Counted from the stretch's first letter, positions 1-9,700 are shown. The stretch is DNA of 64,000 nt from Candidatus Kapaibacterium sp. (GCA_963665665.1 OY762428.1:3040001-3104000), one strand, 5' to 3'. Program-made: numbers and translations. Notes: generated from the letters alone by a model not told the origin.

Positions 1-1793
1 CAGGCAATAAGTTTTATTTCGCCGTTTTTATCGAGGATTTCATTTTCACCATATTCAATATTTTTCTCTTTGCCGGTCAGAATATCTGAATATAAACTTT
101 TTCTTATTGGCTTTATATCCGAGGGAATAAAATTATCGAACCAGTTTTTTCCAATTATTTCAATTTTTTCATATCCGAGTACCTCGCAGCCTTTTTTGTT
201 TATCATAGTAACAGTGCCGCTGGTATTCAATGTCAGAATAATTACACCGGCAATATCAAGATAATTTTGCGCTCTGTCTCTTTCTTCAAGAATAGCATTT
301 TGGGCGAGTTTTTCTTTTGTTATATCTCTGAGGAATGAGCTGAAAAATCCACCATTAATATCGTGATATTGAGTACTTACATAAATATTAATTGTTTTAC
401 CGTCTTTTCGGCGGTGTAAGGTTTCAAATTTAGTTATTCCTGAATTTTTTAATTCCTCTATATGTTTTTTTGTTTCTTCGGGATTTTCTTTGGCCTCTAT
501 TTCTGATAAATTCAATCCTGTCATTTCTTTAACAGAGTATCCGTATAAGCTTTCGCAGGATTTATTTGCTTCCTGGATTTTCATGTCATTACTAATAATA
601 ATAAAGCCGTCAGAAGACGTTTCAATAATGGAACGATATTTCTCCTCGCTTTTTCTTAGTTCAAATTCTGCTTTTTTACTTTCGGTAATATCTGTCAGTG
701 CCACAGCAAATTGCCCCTTTTTCGGACAATAAGCTTTTACCTCCCACCATTTATCTAAGTATTCGGAGTGATTTACAACAGATACGGATTCCCCGGTTAG
801 TGCAACTTTGCCATATATGTTAAGCCAATAGTCTTCGAGGTTTGGGATAATATCGAGGCCTCTTTTGCCAAGGATATCTTCTTTTCTCAGCAGGGTGAAT
901 TTTTCGTAAGCGGTATTAGCATCCAGCCATACAAAATCAACAACCTTGCCTTTATCGTCCAGAATTATCTTATGAAGAGCTACTCCAACGTTTATATTCT
1001 CGAAAAGGCTTCTGAATTTTTTTTCGCTTTCTTTCAGGCTGTGTTCATATTCTTTTTGTTTTGTAATATCTGTTGAAATTCCAACAAGAAGCGAAGGAGT
1101 TTCATCAGGACTTTTAACAAGTTTGGTTCTTGCGTAGAGTATAGATTCCGAGCCATCCGGCATAAGGTTAACTACTTCCCCTGCCCACTCACCGTTTTTC
1201 ATGGTACTGTCAACTATCTCTTTTTGGGTGGCTCCTTTTTCCGGATTTTCTCCAAAAGTTTGAACATTTTTACCAATTAAATCTGCACGTTTTTTACCCA
1301 TTGTTTTTTCAACGGACTTGTTAACATAAATTACGTTTCCATTCAGGTCAGTAGCTGTTATCCTGTCTTCAATCTGGTCAAGAAGATTGAAATAGAATTC
1401 TGATGAGTCATGGCCGGTATCCGGGCTTTTTATTGTAGTCAGTGACTCGAAAATCAGAACATAGTACTTAATTGCATTATTTCCATCAAAATTAGGCAGT
1501 ACATTTAATCTATAATAGATGTCTTTGTTTTTCAGAAAAGGAGCAAGTATTTTGTTTTCCCGTTCGGTTGAATTTTGTTCTGTAGCGGGTAAAAAAATAT
1601 TGTCAAAATTATTTTTGCCGATTAATTCACTGAGATAATTACTATCTTTTTTGCTTTCAGGCAGAAGAGACCTGAGTATTTCATTGAAATATTGAATCTT
1701 ATAGTCCATATCAACAATCAAAGCCGGAAAAGGATAATAATCCAGCATTTCTCTTAGAAATCTCATTTCAAATATCGGTATCTTGTTTGTCAT
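1..1793 (-). CDS. Multi-PAS/PAC domain sensor protein (probably a histidine kinase); 3' end runs off the window
   Basis: Not in the ORF track. ATG at 1793 reads MTNKIPIFEMRFLREMLDLLSFPALIVDMDYKIQYFNE. The same frame at the window start reads IEYGENEILDKNGEIKLIAW (PAC-like). Several PAS-type segments lie between. Confidence 0.85.
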   Translation of the reverse strand, partial: MTNKIPIFEMRFLREMLDYYPFPALIVDMDYKIQYFNEILRSLLPESKKDSNYLSELIGKNNFDNIFLPATEQNSTERENKILAPFLKNKDIYYRLNVLPNFDGNNAIKYYVLIFESLTTIKSPDTGHDSSEFYFNLLDQIEDRITATDLNGNVIYVNKSVEKTMGKKRADLIGKNVQTFGENPEKGATQKEIVDSTMKNGEWAGEVVNLMPDGSESILYARTKLVKSPDETPSLLVGISTDITKQKEYEHSLKESEKKFRSLFENINVGVALHKIILDDKGKVVDFVWLDANTAYEKFTLLRKEDILGKRGLDIIPNLEDYWLNIYGKVALTGESVSVVNHSEYLDKWWEVKAYCPKKGQFAVALTDITESKKAEFELRKSEEKYRSIIETSSDGFIIISNDMKIQEANKSCESLYGYSVKEMTGLNLSEIEAKENPEETKKHIEELKNSGITKFETLHRRKDGKTINIYVSTQYHDINGGFFSSFLRDITKEKLAQNAILEERDRAQNYLDIAGVIILTLNTSGTVTMINKKGCEVLGYEKIEIIGKNWFDNFIPSDIKPIRKSLYSDILTGKEKNIEYGENEILDKNGEIKLIA

Positions 1794-2162
1794 AACGGCA
1801 TCCTGTGATGGAAATACTTCTGACTAATGCAATCAAATTAATTGCTCTTTTATTCTCAGCAGGGTATATCAATAGCATTTAATGCTAAAATTTTATAACC
1901 TTTTTTGATGTAATACTCCGAGACTTGCAGCGGAGTAGTTTGTCTCCGAAAGAAGTTAATAAAATAACGGATATATTGCAAGTAATAATAATACTTAGTC
2001 TGAAATACTTAACAATTTTTTTCATGTCAAATTGATTTTTCGATTATTTTTGATTTCAGAAAAATAATGGCTGCTTGAATTAATGCAAAGCCAATGCAGA
2101 ATATCAGGTTATATTAGGAATTATGCTCCGGTGATAATTTTGGGATTTTCCCGGCAGAAATT

Positions 2163-2188
2163 AAAAAGGCTTCCGTACTGGAAGCCTT
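2163..2188 (-). terminator. Rho-independent terminator downstream of tRNA-His
   Basis: AAGGCTTCC-N5-GGAAGCCTT stem followed by a T-run on the minus strand. Confidence 0.8.
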
Positions 2189-2195
2189 AATGCTT

Positions 2196-2272
2196 TGGGG
2201 CGAGCGACGCGATTTGAACGCGCGACCACCAGAGCCACAATCTGGTGCTCTACCGACTGAGCTACGCCCGCC
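2196..2272 (-). tRNA. tRNA-His (GTG)
   Basis: The reverse complement folds as a cloverleaf: G-1, acceptor GCGGGCG/CGCTCGC, anticodon arm CCAGA-TTGTGGC-TCTGG, TTCAAAT T-loop, C73 and encoded CCA. Confidence 0.97.
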
Positions 2273-2285
2273 ATAATAGAGACTA

Positions 2286-2316
2286 CAAAATTATGTAATG
2301 TTTTTATAATTTGCAA
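2286..2316 (-). promoter_or_regulatory. Bacteroidota-type primary sigma promoter for tRNA-His
   Basis: TTG-N20-TAATTTTG on the minus strand just upstream of the tRNA matches the -33/-7 (TAnnTTTG) consensus. Confidence 0.65.
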
Positions 2317-2344
2317 GAAATATTTTGCACAAAACCTATTGAAA

Positions 2345-3208
2345 TTATCCTAACTCAAAACTTGTTACGCCAAAAACCTCGTTTATTCGAATATCAGGCT
2401 CGAAATGTGAATACATACGTGCGGTGCCAAATACTTTCTTCATATTATATTTTTTGGCCAAAGATACAGCCTGGTGATTTTTATCAGGTACATCTAAGAA
2501 AACCGGAGTATTAGCAGCATGAGTACACAAAGCCCTGAAAATTGTTTCCGCAGTTGTAGCATCATTGGCAAATAATGGCCCTATCTTGTTGCCGATACCG
2601 CAAGTTCTTATTGCCCCGTATCCCATGATATATCCATTGTCGATCATAGCATAGCCTCTAAGGTTGGGCATATTCAACCATTCCTGCAGAAAAGTCTCCC
2701 TTCTTGTGGGAAAATGTAAGGTATCATATTCAAGTATTTTGTAAAAATCAACTCTTTTCAGGTTTGTCAGATTTTCATTAACCTCAAAAGCATCAGAATT
2801 TGGAGTAAACTCATATCTGAGATTACTGTAAGCATATTTAAAACCCAGACGGGCATAGTTATCCTGTCTGTCGAAAACGCCATCCAGTCCGGTGTTTATC
2901 CCTTCAAGATATTTTAATGAAGCCATAGATACCATAACGCCGGCAGCGCTGCCCCTGTAGTCAGGCCTGACGATCAGAAATCCTGTAAATCCAAATTCCT
3001 CGTTATATTTAATCGCAGAAATACAAGCAACAAGTATTTCGTCGTGTTCAACTGCAAAATAACCATCCGGATCTGTTATCCAGAAAGGAGCTTCGTCGAA
3101 AAGTCCGGGATTCCAGCCTTCTTTTGCTGCCCATTCAATTGCTTGTGGAAACTCATCCCTTCTCATTTTTCTTACTTTGAAACCGTGTGTATTATCAATT
3201 TCCGGCAT
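2345..3208 (-). CDS. GNAT family N-acetyltransferase (two-domain, YitH-like)
   Basis: WAAKEGWNPG start, FLIVRPDYRG acetyl-CoA motif A, C-terminal KIGPLFA...GVTSFELG; GGAG RBS. Confidence 0.85.
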   Translation of the reverse strand: MPEIDNTHGFKVRKMRRDEFPQAIEWAAKEGWNPGLFDEAPFWITDPDGYFAVEHDEILVACISAIKYNEEFGFTGFLIVRPDYRGSAAGVMVSMASLKYLEGINTGLDGVFDRQDNYARLGFKYAYSNLRYEFTPNSDAFEVNENLTNLKRVDFYKILEYDTLHFPTRRETFLQEWLNMPNLRGYAMIDNGYIMGYGAIRTCGIGNKIGPLFANDATTAETIFRALCTHAANTPVFLDVPDKNHQAVSLAKKYNMKKVFGTARMYSHFEPDIRINEVFGVTSFELG

Positions 3209-3238
3209 AAAAACTCCAATAATTTGAATTCAGATATA

Positions 3239-3496
3239 TTAAGTTGCCCCGTTTCCTAAAGAACAAGGAGTGTTAACTGATACTCCTGCAGAACATGCGG
3301 CAATAGTTGTATATTTTGCGTTTCCGTCATTAAAGATTTGATCAACATTTGTAACTCAGGAACCGAAGTTGCAATAAGCAGATGCATTATTTCCACCTGC
3401 ACATTTGTTTCCGATTTATGCTGCTTCGGACCCATTAACACATAATTGCCCGGAATTTTCATTAAGTACTCTGATCATTAATTTTCTGTACTTCAT
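3239..3496 (-). pseudogene. Disrupted CxxG-repeat RiPP precursor paralogue
   Basis: GAAAGGAG RBS, then MKYRKLMIRVLNENSGQLCVNGSEAA*IGNKCAGGNNASAYCNFGS*VTNVDQIFNDGNAKYTTIAACSAGVSVNTPCSLGNGAT*. In-frame TAA at 3416-3418 and TGA at 3356-3358. Confidence 0.8.
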
Positions 3497-3600
3497 ATCT
3501 ATCTCCTTTCCGAGTAATAATATAATGAAAATTATTTTAATTTAATATGATATAATTGCTCTTTCAAATAATATTTTTCTGAAAAAAATGAATAATATTT

Positions 3601-3627
3601 GGTAACATAATCATGTGTATTTTGTTA
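3601..3627 (+). promoter_or_regulatory. Candidate ECF-sigma promoter
   Basis: GGTAAC-N16-TGTTA, same layout as 3989-4015. Confidence 0.4.
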
Positions 3628-3761
3628 GCTTACTTGTAATTATTACAACTACACCCTGTGTATTGATTCCGTGATAATATTTTCATGCTTTGTACTATTT
3701 TCTTTATGAATTAAAATCCGTTTTTTTGCAATGTAGTTTGTAGGGATTTAATTGGAAATAA

Positions 3762-3876
3762 GATGATGGCTTTTGTCGGAAGTCAGGTTTAATTGTACAG
3801 TTTTTACAACTTTCCATCTAAGCCTGAAATACTCCGATTAAGTTAAAAGCGAACACCAGCCGGCAAAGGTCGTCTG
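3762..3876 (+). ncRNA. Candidate structured RNA or leader element (unassigned)
   Basis: Nested pairings GCTTTT/AAAAGC, TCGGA/TCCGA and TCAGGTTTA/TAAGCCTGA, then hairpin CAG-CGGC-AAAG-GTCG-CTG, then a terminator. Confidence 0.5.
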
Positions 3877-3885
3877 AATATTTCG

Positions 3886-3921
3886 AAGCCCGAAAGATTG
3901 TAAAATTTTTTGGGCTTTTTT
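3886..3921 (+). terminator. Intrinsic terminator or attenuator
   Basis: 14-bp stem AAGCCCGAAAGATT/AATTTTTTGGGCTT with a GTAA tetraloop and a T-tail. Confidence 0.75.
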
Positions 3922-3988
3922 AATTTCTTTATTCGTATTGGATTATACCGATCCTTCCATTCTATTGTAAAAAAAATTTTCTGCTAAT

Positions 3989-4015
3989 TGTAACATTTGC
4001 AAATTCCTGTTGTTA
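3989..4015 (+). promoter_or_regulatory. Candidate ECF-sigma promoter of the large T9SS protein
   Basis: TGTAAC-N16-TGTTA about 150 nt upstream of the start codon. Confidence 0.45.
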
Positions 4016-4162
4016 TTATAGCAGTCGCTTGGACAAAAAGCGTCAATCCCTATCAAACTCAAGATTGACAATTTTGGCGTAAATAATTATTTATATTTAT
4101 GAACATTTATTAATGTTAATATTATATACATTATTTTTTTTTACTTTATTGGGGTAAAATTA

Positions 4163-7100
4163 ATGGTTTCTACAAAATTTCTCAGAAGTTTAATGGCGAT
4201 AGCAATTTTTGCAGTTATTGCCATTAGCGGCGCAAAAGCACAGCTTTTAACCGATTATACGGTTAGTGAGTATGACGGTGTTTACACACCGATTTCCGGT
4301 ATCGGTGCCGGAAATGGTGATGACCGTTCTTATCGTATTGATCTACCATTTATTTTTAATTTTGATGAACAGGAAATAACCTGGGTACAGGTTGGTACTA
4401 ACGGGTGGATGTCCCTGAACAAAAGTTACGGTACATGGTATCCTGCTTCCCCTACAACATCAACCAATACAATTGGTTTCTATTCAGCTGACCTTTACAC
4501 AGTTGGCATGATAGAATATGAGGTACAGGGCTCAGCTCCGAATCGCGTAATGGTTATCCAGTGGAGAAATCAAAACAACTACTCTCCAAGGGTTCATTTG
4601 TGTGATTGGCAGATAAAACTCTACGAAACAACAGGCAGATTTGATATTATTTGGGGTAGTCCTTCAGCTGCTATGGGCGACAGGACTGGTGGCTTCTTTG
4701 TTACCGGCGGTTCAACAACGCGCTATATTAACATTCAGCCGGGAAATCCTTCAACATTCTATTATAGTAATGTTAATCCTAATACCACACAATGGATGAG
4801 GAATCCTTACGCTGATAATATCCATGTAGGTAAGACATATTCATTTACAACATATCCTGCACTGATGGGTGCTTTTCCTGCACAGGATGCTATCCTTCGC
4901 AGGGGAACAATCGTAAATGATGAAAACAAACCCGGCGTTGTTATGGAAAACAACGAGATGGACGGGGTTTATATCAATTATTCAATTGAAGGCCCTTTGC
5001 CTGCAAGCAACCCGCAGTACAGAACAGTTTATACAGCAACAGTTGAAGGCGATGATACTGACTTTGACGTACCTGTTTATAATAATGGCAGAACTAATTT
5101 CACGCATGCCACAGGTTTTGTAGCAAGAACAACACCTGACAATAACGGTGATCTTGATCTTCTGACAAATGAACTGAATATTCCAGGTGGTACTTATAAA
5201 GTAAGAGCACAGATGAGCATTCCTGAAGTTGGCTTTACACAGGAACTTGCAGACCAGACATTTATTATTGCTCTTGAAAATGACCTTGCAATCAACAGGA
5301 TAATTTCTCCAAAACCTAAAGACGAAAAGAAATATCCACTTTCAACAGGACGCATCCGCGTGCAGTGCAGAGTTCAGAATTACGGTATCAATGATGTTAC
5401 TGCATTCGGCGCTGTAGCAAGAATTTATAAAGATGACGAACAGGTTTATGAACAGGAAGTAGAATGGACATCAACAGACCCTATGAGCACAGGTGAATAT
5501 GTTGATGTAAACTTTCCCGATTACCGTCCGTTCGAAACAGGCGATTTCGATATAGTTTTTGAAGTAACAATGGTAGGCGTATTAGACAGAGAGCTTTCTA
5601 ATAACCGCTGGCCTAAAACAGGCGACCATTACTGGTTCGAAGTTGCTCACGAAATAGAAGCAGAAGCATTGGATATTATTGAACCTGCTGGTGAAGTATT
5701 CGTTGGCCGACCGGTTAAACCTCTGGCAAAATTCCAGAACAACGGTGTATCTGATATTTCTGACATCGACGCTGAAATGGTTATTACTAATTCAGACGGC
5801 GATGTTGTTTACAGAAGCCCGATTATCATTCAGGATATCCCCCAGGGAAGGTCAAACAAAGTAATAGCTGACTTTGATGATTTCGTTCCCCCGGCAGCAG
5901 GCGAATATACAGCATGTATTACAATTACATCTGACGACGACCCTGTAACAGACAACAATTCGATATGCGAAGATTTCTCGGTTGTTGAAGCCCTCAGCGG
6001 AATTTATACAATTGGTACTCTCAATGAAGGTAATGTCAGGAACTTCCTTACATTTGAAAGAGCACTTGATCAGCTCTATCGTCGCGGTATGACTGGCCCT
6101 GTAACATTCGAGCTTACAGATGCCGTTTATAATATCGGTTCACTTGATTATACTAATCAGCCCGCAATCGACATGAGCTCTACAATTGTCGGCCTCAGTG
6201 AAGACCAGCCGATCATGTTTAAACCTTCAAGGCAGCGTGCCGTTTACCGTGCAGGTGTTAAAATCAACATGGTATCCGCAAACGGTATTGGTATTTACAT
6301 GGGACAGAACATGGAACCCAGTAATCCAAACGCACCTGTGCATATAGTTAGATCAAGTAATAAGAAAAACTATTCCAACTTCCCGGGATTTGTAACATTT
6401 GACGGCGGTGCTAACAAAGCATTCCAGTTCTCTATCGACAGTGATGAAGATTTCAGGACTGTATTCTACCTGGCACAGGGTGCTTCAAACGTTACTATCA
6501 AGAACTGTATCATCAGGGGTGATTATAACACTACACCTTCATTTAATGCAGACCTTCCGAAGATGGTATTCAACTCTGCACAGAGCCAGTTCCTTTATGA
6601 AGATGATATTCGCTCTGCCGAAACATACAGTGCAGGTATCCTGCTCAGGAGTACTCCTCCGACAACAAAAGAAACAGCCAACCTGAACGCACTTGATTCA
6701 CTGTTCAACCAGAACAACGTAATCGAGAACAACGAGATCACAGGCTTTGGTTATGGTATAGCATCAATGGGTATGGGCGTACTGTTCAAACAGGAAGCCA
6801 ACAACTTCGTAAAATACTACAACATGAATAACGAGTATAAAGACAATGTTATCCATAATGTAAGCCGCGCAGCTATTTTCCTTGGTTCCGAGCAGAACTC
6901 AACGATCAAAAACAACAGGATATATGAAATCAACGGCGTAAGCGGCATGGACGCAGCCGGCATTATCCTTGGCGGCGACGCAGAACGCGACTGGTTCGGT
7001 TACAACGTAATCGACATCACAGTTGACGGCAACGAAATAAGCGAAATCGACGGCGACTACGAGATCCGCGGAATCAAAGTATCCCAGGATCCTATCGTAA

Positions 7101-9700
7101 TGCAGGCACCGGGCGGCGGACTTTCCTTCTATCCTGACAGGGCAGAAACAGTTGTAATCAAGAACAACGTTATCCGCAACTTAAATCCTGAAAATGCAGA
7201 CGTGAAACGCTGCGGTATCCAGCTTTCAACACAGCGTGCAGGCATTGCAGACGAATACATGAATATACTTACACCTGCAAGGAAAGATTATCTTTCACGC
7301 AACGACATAATAGCAAACAATACTATCATCATCACAGATGACGCTGTTGACAACGTAGGCGCAACAGCAGGTATCATGCTTCAGCAGGTAGACGGCGCAG
7401 TTCTCAAGAACAATGCAATCGCCTTTGAAGACGAAGAATTTGCAGACAATGCATACACAACAACAGCAATCCTGCTCCAGAGCGAATGGCCTGAATGGGG
7501 TGCAGTAACATCCGACAGGAACGCCTTCGACATGGGCAATGCCAATGCAGACCTGATCCGCTTCATCCACATGGACGAAGACCAGAACGTAATAGAATAC
7601 GGCCAGACAGGTGAATTTGCAAACATAGCACAGTGGCAGGTATGGACAAAACAGGATGAGAACTCCGTAGTAGGCGAGTTCATAGGCGACCTTGACTATA
7701 CAGGCAACTATCCCTACCAGCTTCGCGTTGTATCGGATCCTTATCCTCTTGGATGTATCCTTAACAACCGCGGCGGCGAAGTAACAGAAGTAGAATATGA
7801 CATCGACGGCAACCTTCGCGGAGCAGCAGGCCAGCGTTACGACATCGGCGCCTTTGAATTCTCAGGCCGCATGTATGTAAGTGACGTTGAAATGCTTAAC
7901 GTACCGACACCGGGCGCATACAGGGCCGGCATGGGTACATTCAGCGATGCAGAATACATAATGACAGAAGCCCCGACAAACATCGTGGCAAGCCTGAGGA
8001 ATAACGGAACACTTCAGCAGTCAAACATCAATGTATATGCAAAGATCTATCGCGAACAGCCTGACGGATCATTCTCTGATACAGTAGAAATAGAAACAAC
8101 AGTAAAAACAAGCATTCCAACAACAGAATCAGTTAACGTTGACTTCCTTCTTGATGACCAGGACGGCGTAGACTTCTATCCTCAGTCATATTCAGAACTT
8201 GGCTTCTACAATGTACCTGATCATTTTGCAGGTATGGAATCCAATGTAACACCACGCTACAGGATAGTAATCTCTGTAGAATCAGACCAGTATAACTCTA
8301 ATAATGTTATCGACAAAGTTGTACGTTTCTATGTTAAACGTTCATCACTCGGCCTTCTGGCATCAGCCAGGGATATTGCCACAGAAATCTACTGGGGCGA
8401 ACCGACAACAGACGAGATAGCCGGTAAGCTGAACCTTGACAGCCTTCGTGAAGGCCTCCGCAAAGTCGGCTGGGTATCAGACCTTGGCGAAGGACAGTAT
8501 GATATAGACCTGTTCAACAGGCTCGGCTGGGAACCCAGGTCAGTAAACTACACAATGTACAAAACACTTCTCTGGTCAGACGGTGATGAAAACACAATGA
8601 GCAGATACGAGAAGATGGACATTGAAAGCTTCCTTGAAGGCGGCATGCAGAATGATAAGAAAAACCTTGTAATCGGTTCACAGGAACTTGTACGCCAGCT
8701 TGGAGGCAACGCATCCTCACTTGATTATGATCCTGACTTCCTTGATGAAGTATTCAGGGCCGAATACGTAACACCGGGCAACCCGATGGGCGCCGGCGTT
8801 AGCAACAGCGGCAATACTGCAATCGGTATCTCGGTAGGAACAAACCTTGAAAATGCTATCGTGGCTACAAGCTATGAATTTGCAGAAGATGAAGATCCTT
8901 ACTGCTCACTGATGAAAGTAACACAAAACGGTGAAGGCCTTGCAAGGCCGGCATATTACTATACAACACATACAGCCACACCTTCGGACAGCACACTCGG
9001 CGTGGCAGTAACATCCCTAAGCAAGAACATCGTGACACTTGGCGTTGACTGGCGTCACTGGGCAGACATGGAAGACGTTCTTCGCCAGGTACTTGACTTC
9101 CTGGATCAGAACGGCGGCTCGGTAGTACCGGTAGAACTTACAAGCTTCGATGCCATAGCAGCAGGCCAGAGGGTTGACCTAAGCTGGGAAACAGCAAGTG
9201 AATACAAATCCTCACACTTCGAGATAGAAAAAGCAGAAGTAAGCCAGGCAGGCATGGGTTCATTCATGCAGATCGGACGTATGAAAGCAGCCGGAACAAG
9301 CAGCTATGCCACACAGTACGGCCCTGTAGTTGACTATGATGTAAACTATGGCAATACTTACGCATACCGCCTGAAAATGGTTGACATTGACGGAAGCTAC
9401 GACTACAGCGATGAAGAAGTAGTAACAATCGGTGGAAATGAAATGATCTCTCTCGGCCAGGCATATCCGAACCCGAGTAAAGAATCAGCTAAGTTCGAAC
9501 TTACAACCGGCAACGATGTAAATGTAAGCATCGATCTTTATGACATGAGCGGCAAGCTTGTACGCAACGTACTCAGCGAAACAACAAGCGGCACAGTAAC
9601 AGTTGAAGTGGATACCCGCGACCTTACAAGCGGCAGCTACACACTTGTTCTTCGCAGCGGCTCAACAATCATCAACAGGACAGTACGCGTTGTTAAGTAA
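4163..9700 (+). CDS. Large T9SS-secreted surface protein (Ig/CARDB-like modules, right-handed beta-helix, T9SS C-terminal domain)
   Basis: Signal peptide ending AKA-Q; repeated ..V.N.G..D....NN Ig-like modules; I.NN.I beta-helix repeats; DIDGNLRG..DIGAFEF motif; PVELTSF and YPNP...GSYTLVL C-terminal domain. Confidence 0.85.
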   Translation: MVSTKFLRSLMAIAIFAVIAISGAKAQLLTDYTVSEYDGVYTPISGIGAGNGDDRSYRIDLPFIFNFDEQEITWVQVGTNGWMSLNKSYGTWYPASPTTSTNTIGFYSADLYTVGMIEYEVQGSAPNRVMVIQWRNQNNYSPRVHLCDWQIKLYETTGRFDIIWGSPSAAMGDRTGGFFVTGGSTTRYINIQPGNPSTFYYSNVNPNTTQWMRNPYADNIHVGKTYSFTTYPALMGAFPAQDAILRRGTIVNDENKPGVVMENNEMDGVYINYSIEGPLPASNPQYRTVYTATVEGDDTDFDVPVYNNGRTNFTHATGFVARTTPDNNGDLDLLTNELNIPGGTYKVRAQMSIPEVGFTQELADQTFIIALENDLAINRIISPKPKDEKKYPLSTGRIRVQCRVQNYGINDVTAFGAVARIYKDDEQVYEQEVEWTSTDPMSTGEYVDVNFPDYRPFETGDFDIVFEVTMVGVLDRELSNNRWPKTGDHYWFEVAHEIEAEALDIIEPAGEVFVGRPVKPLAKFQNNGVSDISDIDAEMVITNSDGDVVYRSPIIIQDIPQGRSNKVIADFDDFVPPAAGEYTACITITSDDDPVTDNNSICEDFSVVEALSGIYTIGTLNEGNVRNFLTFERALDQLYRRGMTGPVTFELTDAVYNIGSLDYTNQPAIDMSSTIVGLSEDQPIMFKPSRQRAVYRAGVKINMVSANGIGIYMGQNMEPSNPNAPVHIVRSSNKKNYSNFPGFVTFDGGANKAFQFSIDSDEDFRTVFYLAQGASNVTIKNCIIRGDYNTTPSFNADLPKMVFNSAQSQFLYEDDIRSAETYSAGILLRSTPPTTKETANLNALDSLFNQNNVIENNEITGFGYGIASMGMGVLFKQEANNFVKYYNMNNEYKDNVIHNVSRAAIFLGSEQNSTIKNNRIYEINGVSGMDAAGIILGGDAERDWFGYNVIDITVDGNEISEIDGDYEIRGIKVSQDPIVMQAPGGGLSFYPDRAETVVIKNNVIRNLNPENADVKRCGIQLSTQRAGIADEYMNILTPARKDYLSRNDIIANNTIIITDDAVDNVGATAGIMLQQVDGAVLKNNAIAFEDEEFADNAYTTTAILLQSEWPEWGAVTSDRNAFDMGNANADLIRFIHMDEDQNVIEYGQTGEFANIAQWQVWTKQDENSVVGEFIGDLDYTGNYPYQLRVVSDPYPLGCILNNRGGEVTEVEYDIDGNLRGAAGQRYDIGAFEFSGRMYVSDVEMLNVPTPGAYRAGMGTFSDAEYIMTEAPTNIVASLRNNGTLQQSNINVYAKIYREQPDGSFSDTVEIETTVKTSIPTTESVNVDFLLDDQDGVDFYPQSYSELGFYNVPDHFAGMESNVTPRYRIVISVESDQYNSNNVIDKVVRFYVKRSSLGLLASARDIATEIYWGEPTTDEIAGKLNLDSLREGLRKVGWVSDLGEGQYDIDLFNRLGWEPRSVNYTMYKTLLWSDGDENTMSRYEKMDIESFLEGGMQNDKKNLVIGSQELVRQLGGNASSLDYDPDFLDEVFRAEYVTPGNPMGAGVSNSGNTAIGISVGTNLENAIVATSYEFAEDEDPYCSLMKVTQNGEGLARPAYYYTTHTATPSDSTLGVAVTSLSKNIVTLGVDWRHWADMEDVLRQVLDFLDQNGGSVVPVELTSFDAIAAGQRVDLSWETASEYKSSHFEIEKAEVSQAGMGSFMQIGRMKAAGTSSYATQYGPVVDYDVNYGNTYAYRLKMVDIDGSYDYSDEEVVTIGGNEMISLGQAYPNPSKESAKFELTTGNDVNVSIDLYDMSGKLVRNVLSETTSGTVTVEVDTRDLTSGSYTLVLRSGSTIINRTVRVVK

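Noticed and set aside
70-732. Short plus-strand ORFs here, and similar antisense ORFs throughout the track
   Set aside because: They are shadows of well-supported genes on the opposite strand or frame
2196-2272. tRNA-His as integration site of an island carrying the RiPP cassette
   Set aside because: No integrase or duplicated tRNA 3' end is seen, and the cassette lies on the 5' side of the tRNA
3356-3358. TGA as selenocysteine or stop-codon readthrough in the orphan precursor
   Set aside because: The TGA is not at a CxxG Cys position, an in-frame TAA lies upstream, and TGA ends many normal genes in this window
3256-3462. 68-aa ORF in the track (MKIPGNYV...)
   Set aside because: It is an alternative frame over the precursor pseudogene. 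The RBS and the CxxG pattern belong to the frame starting at 3496.
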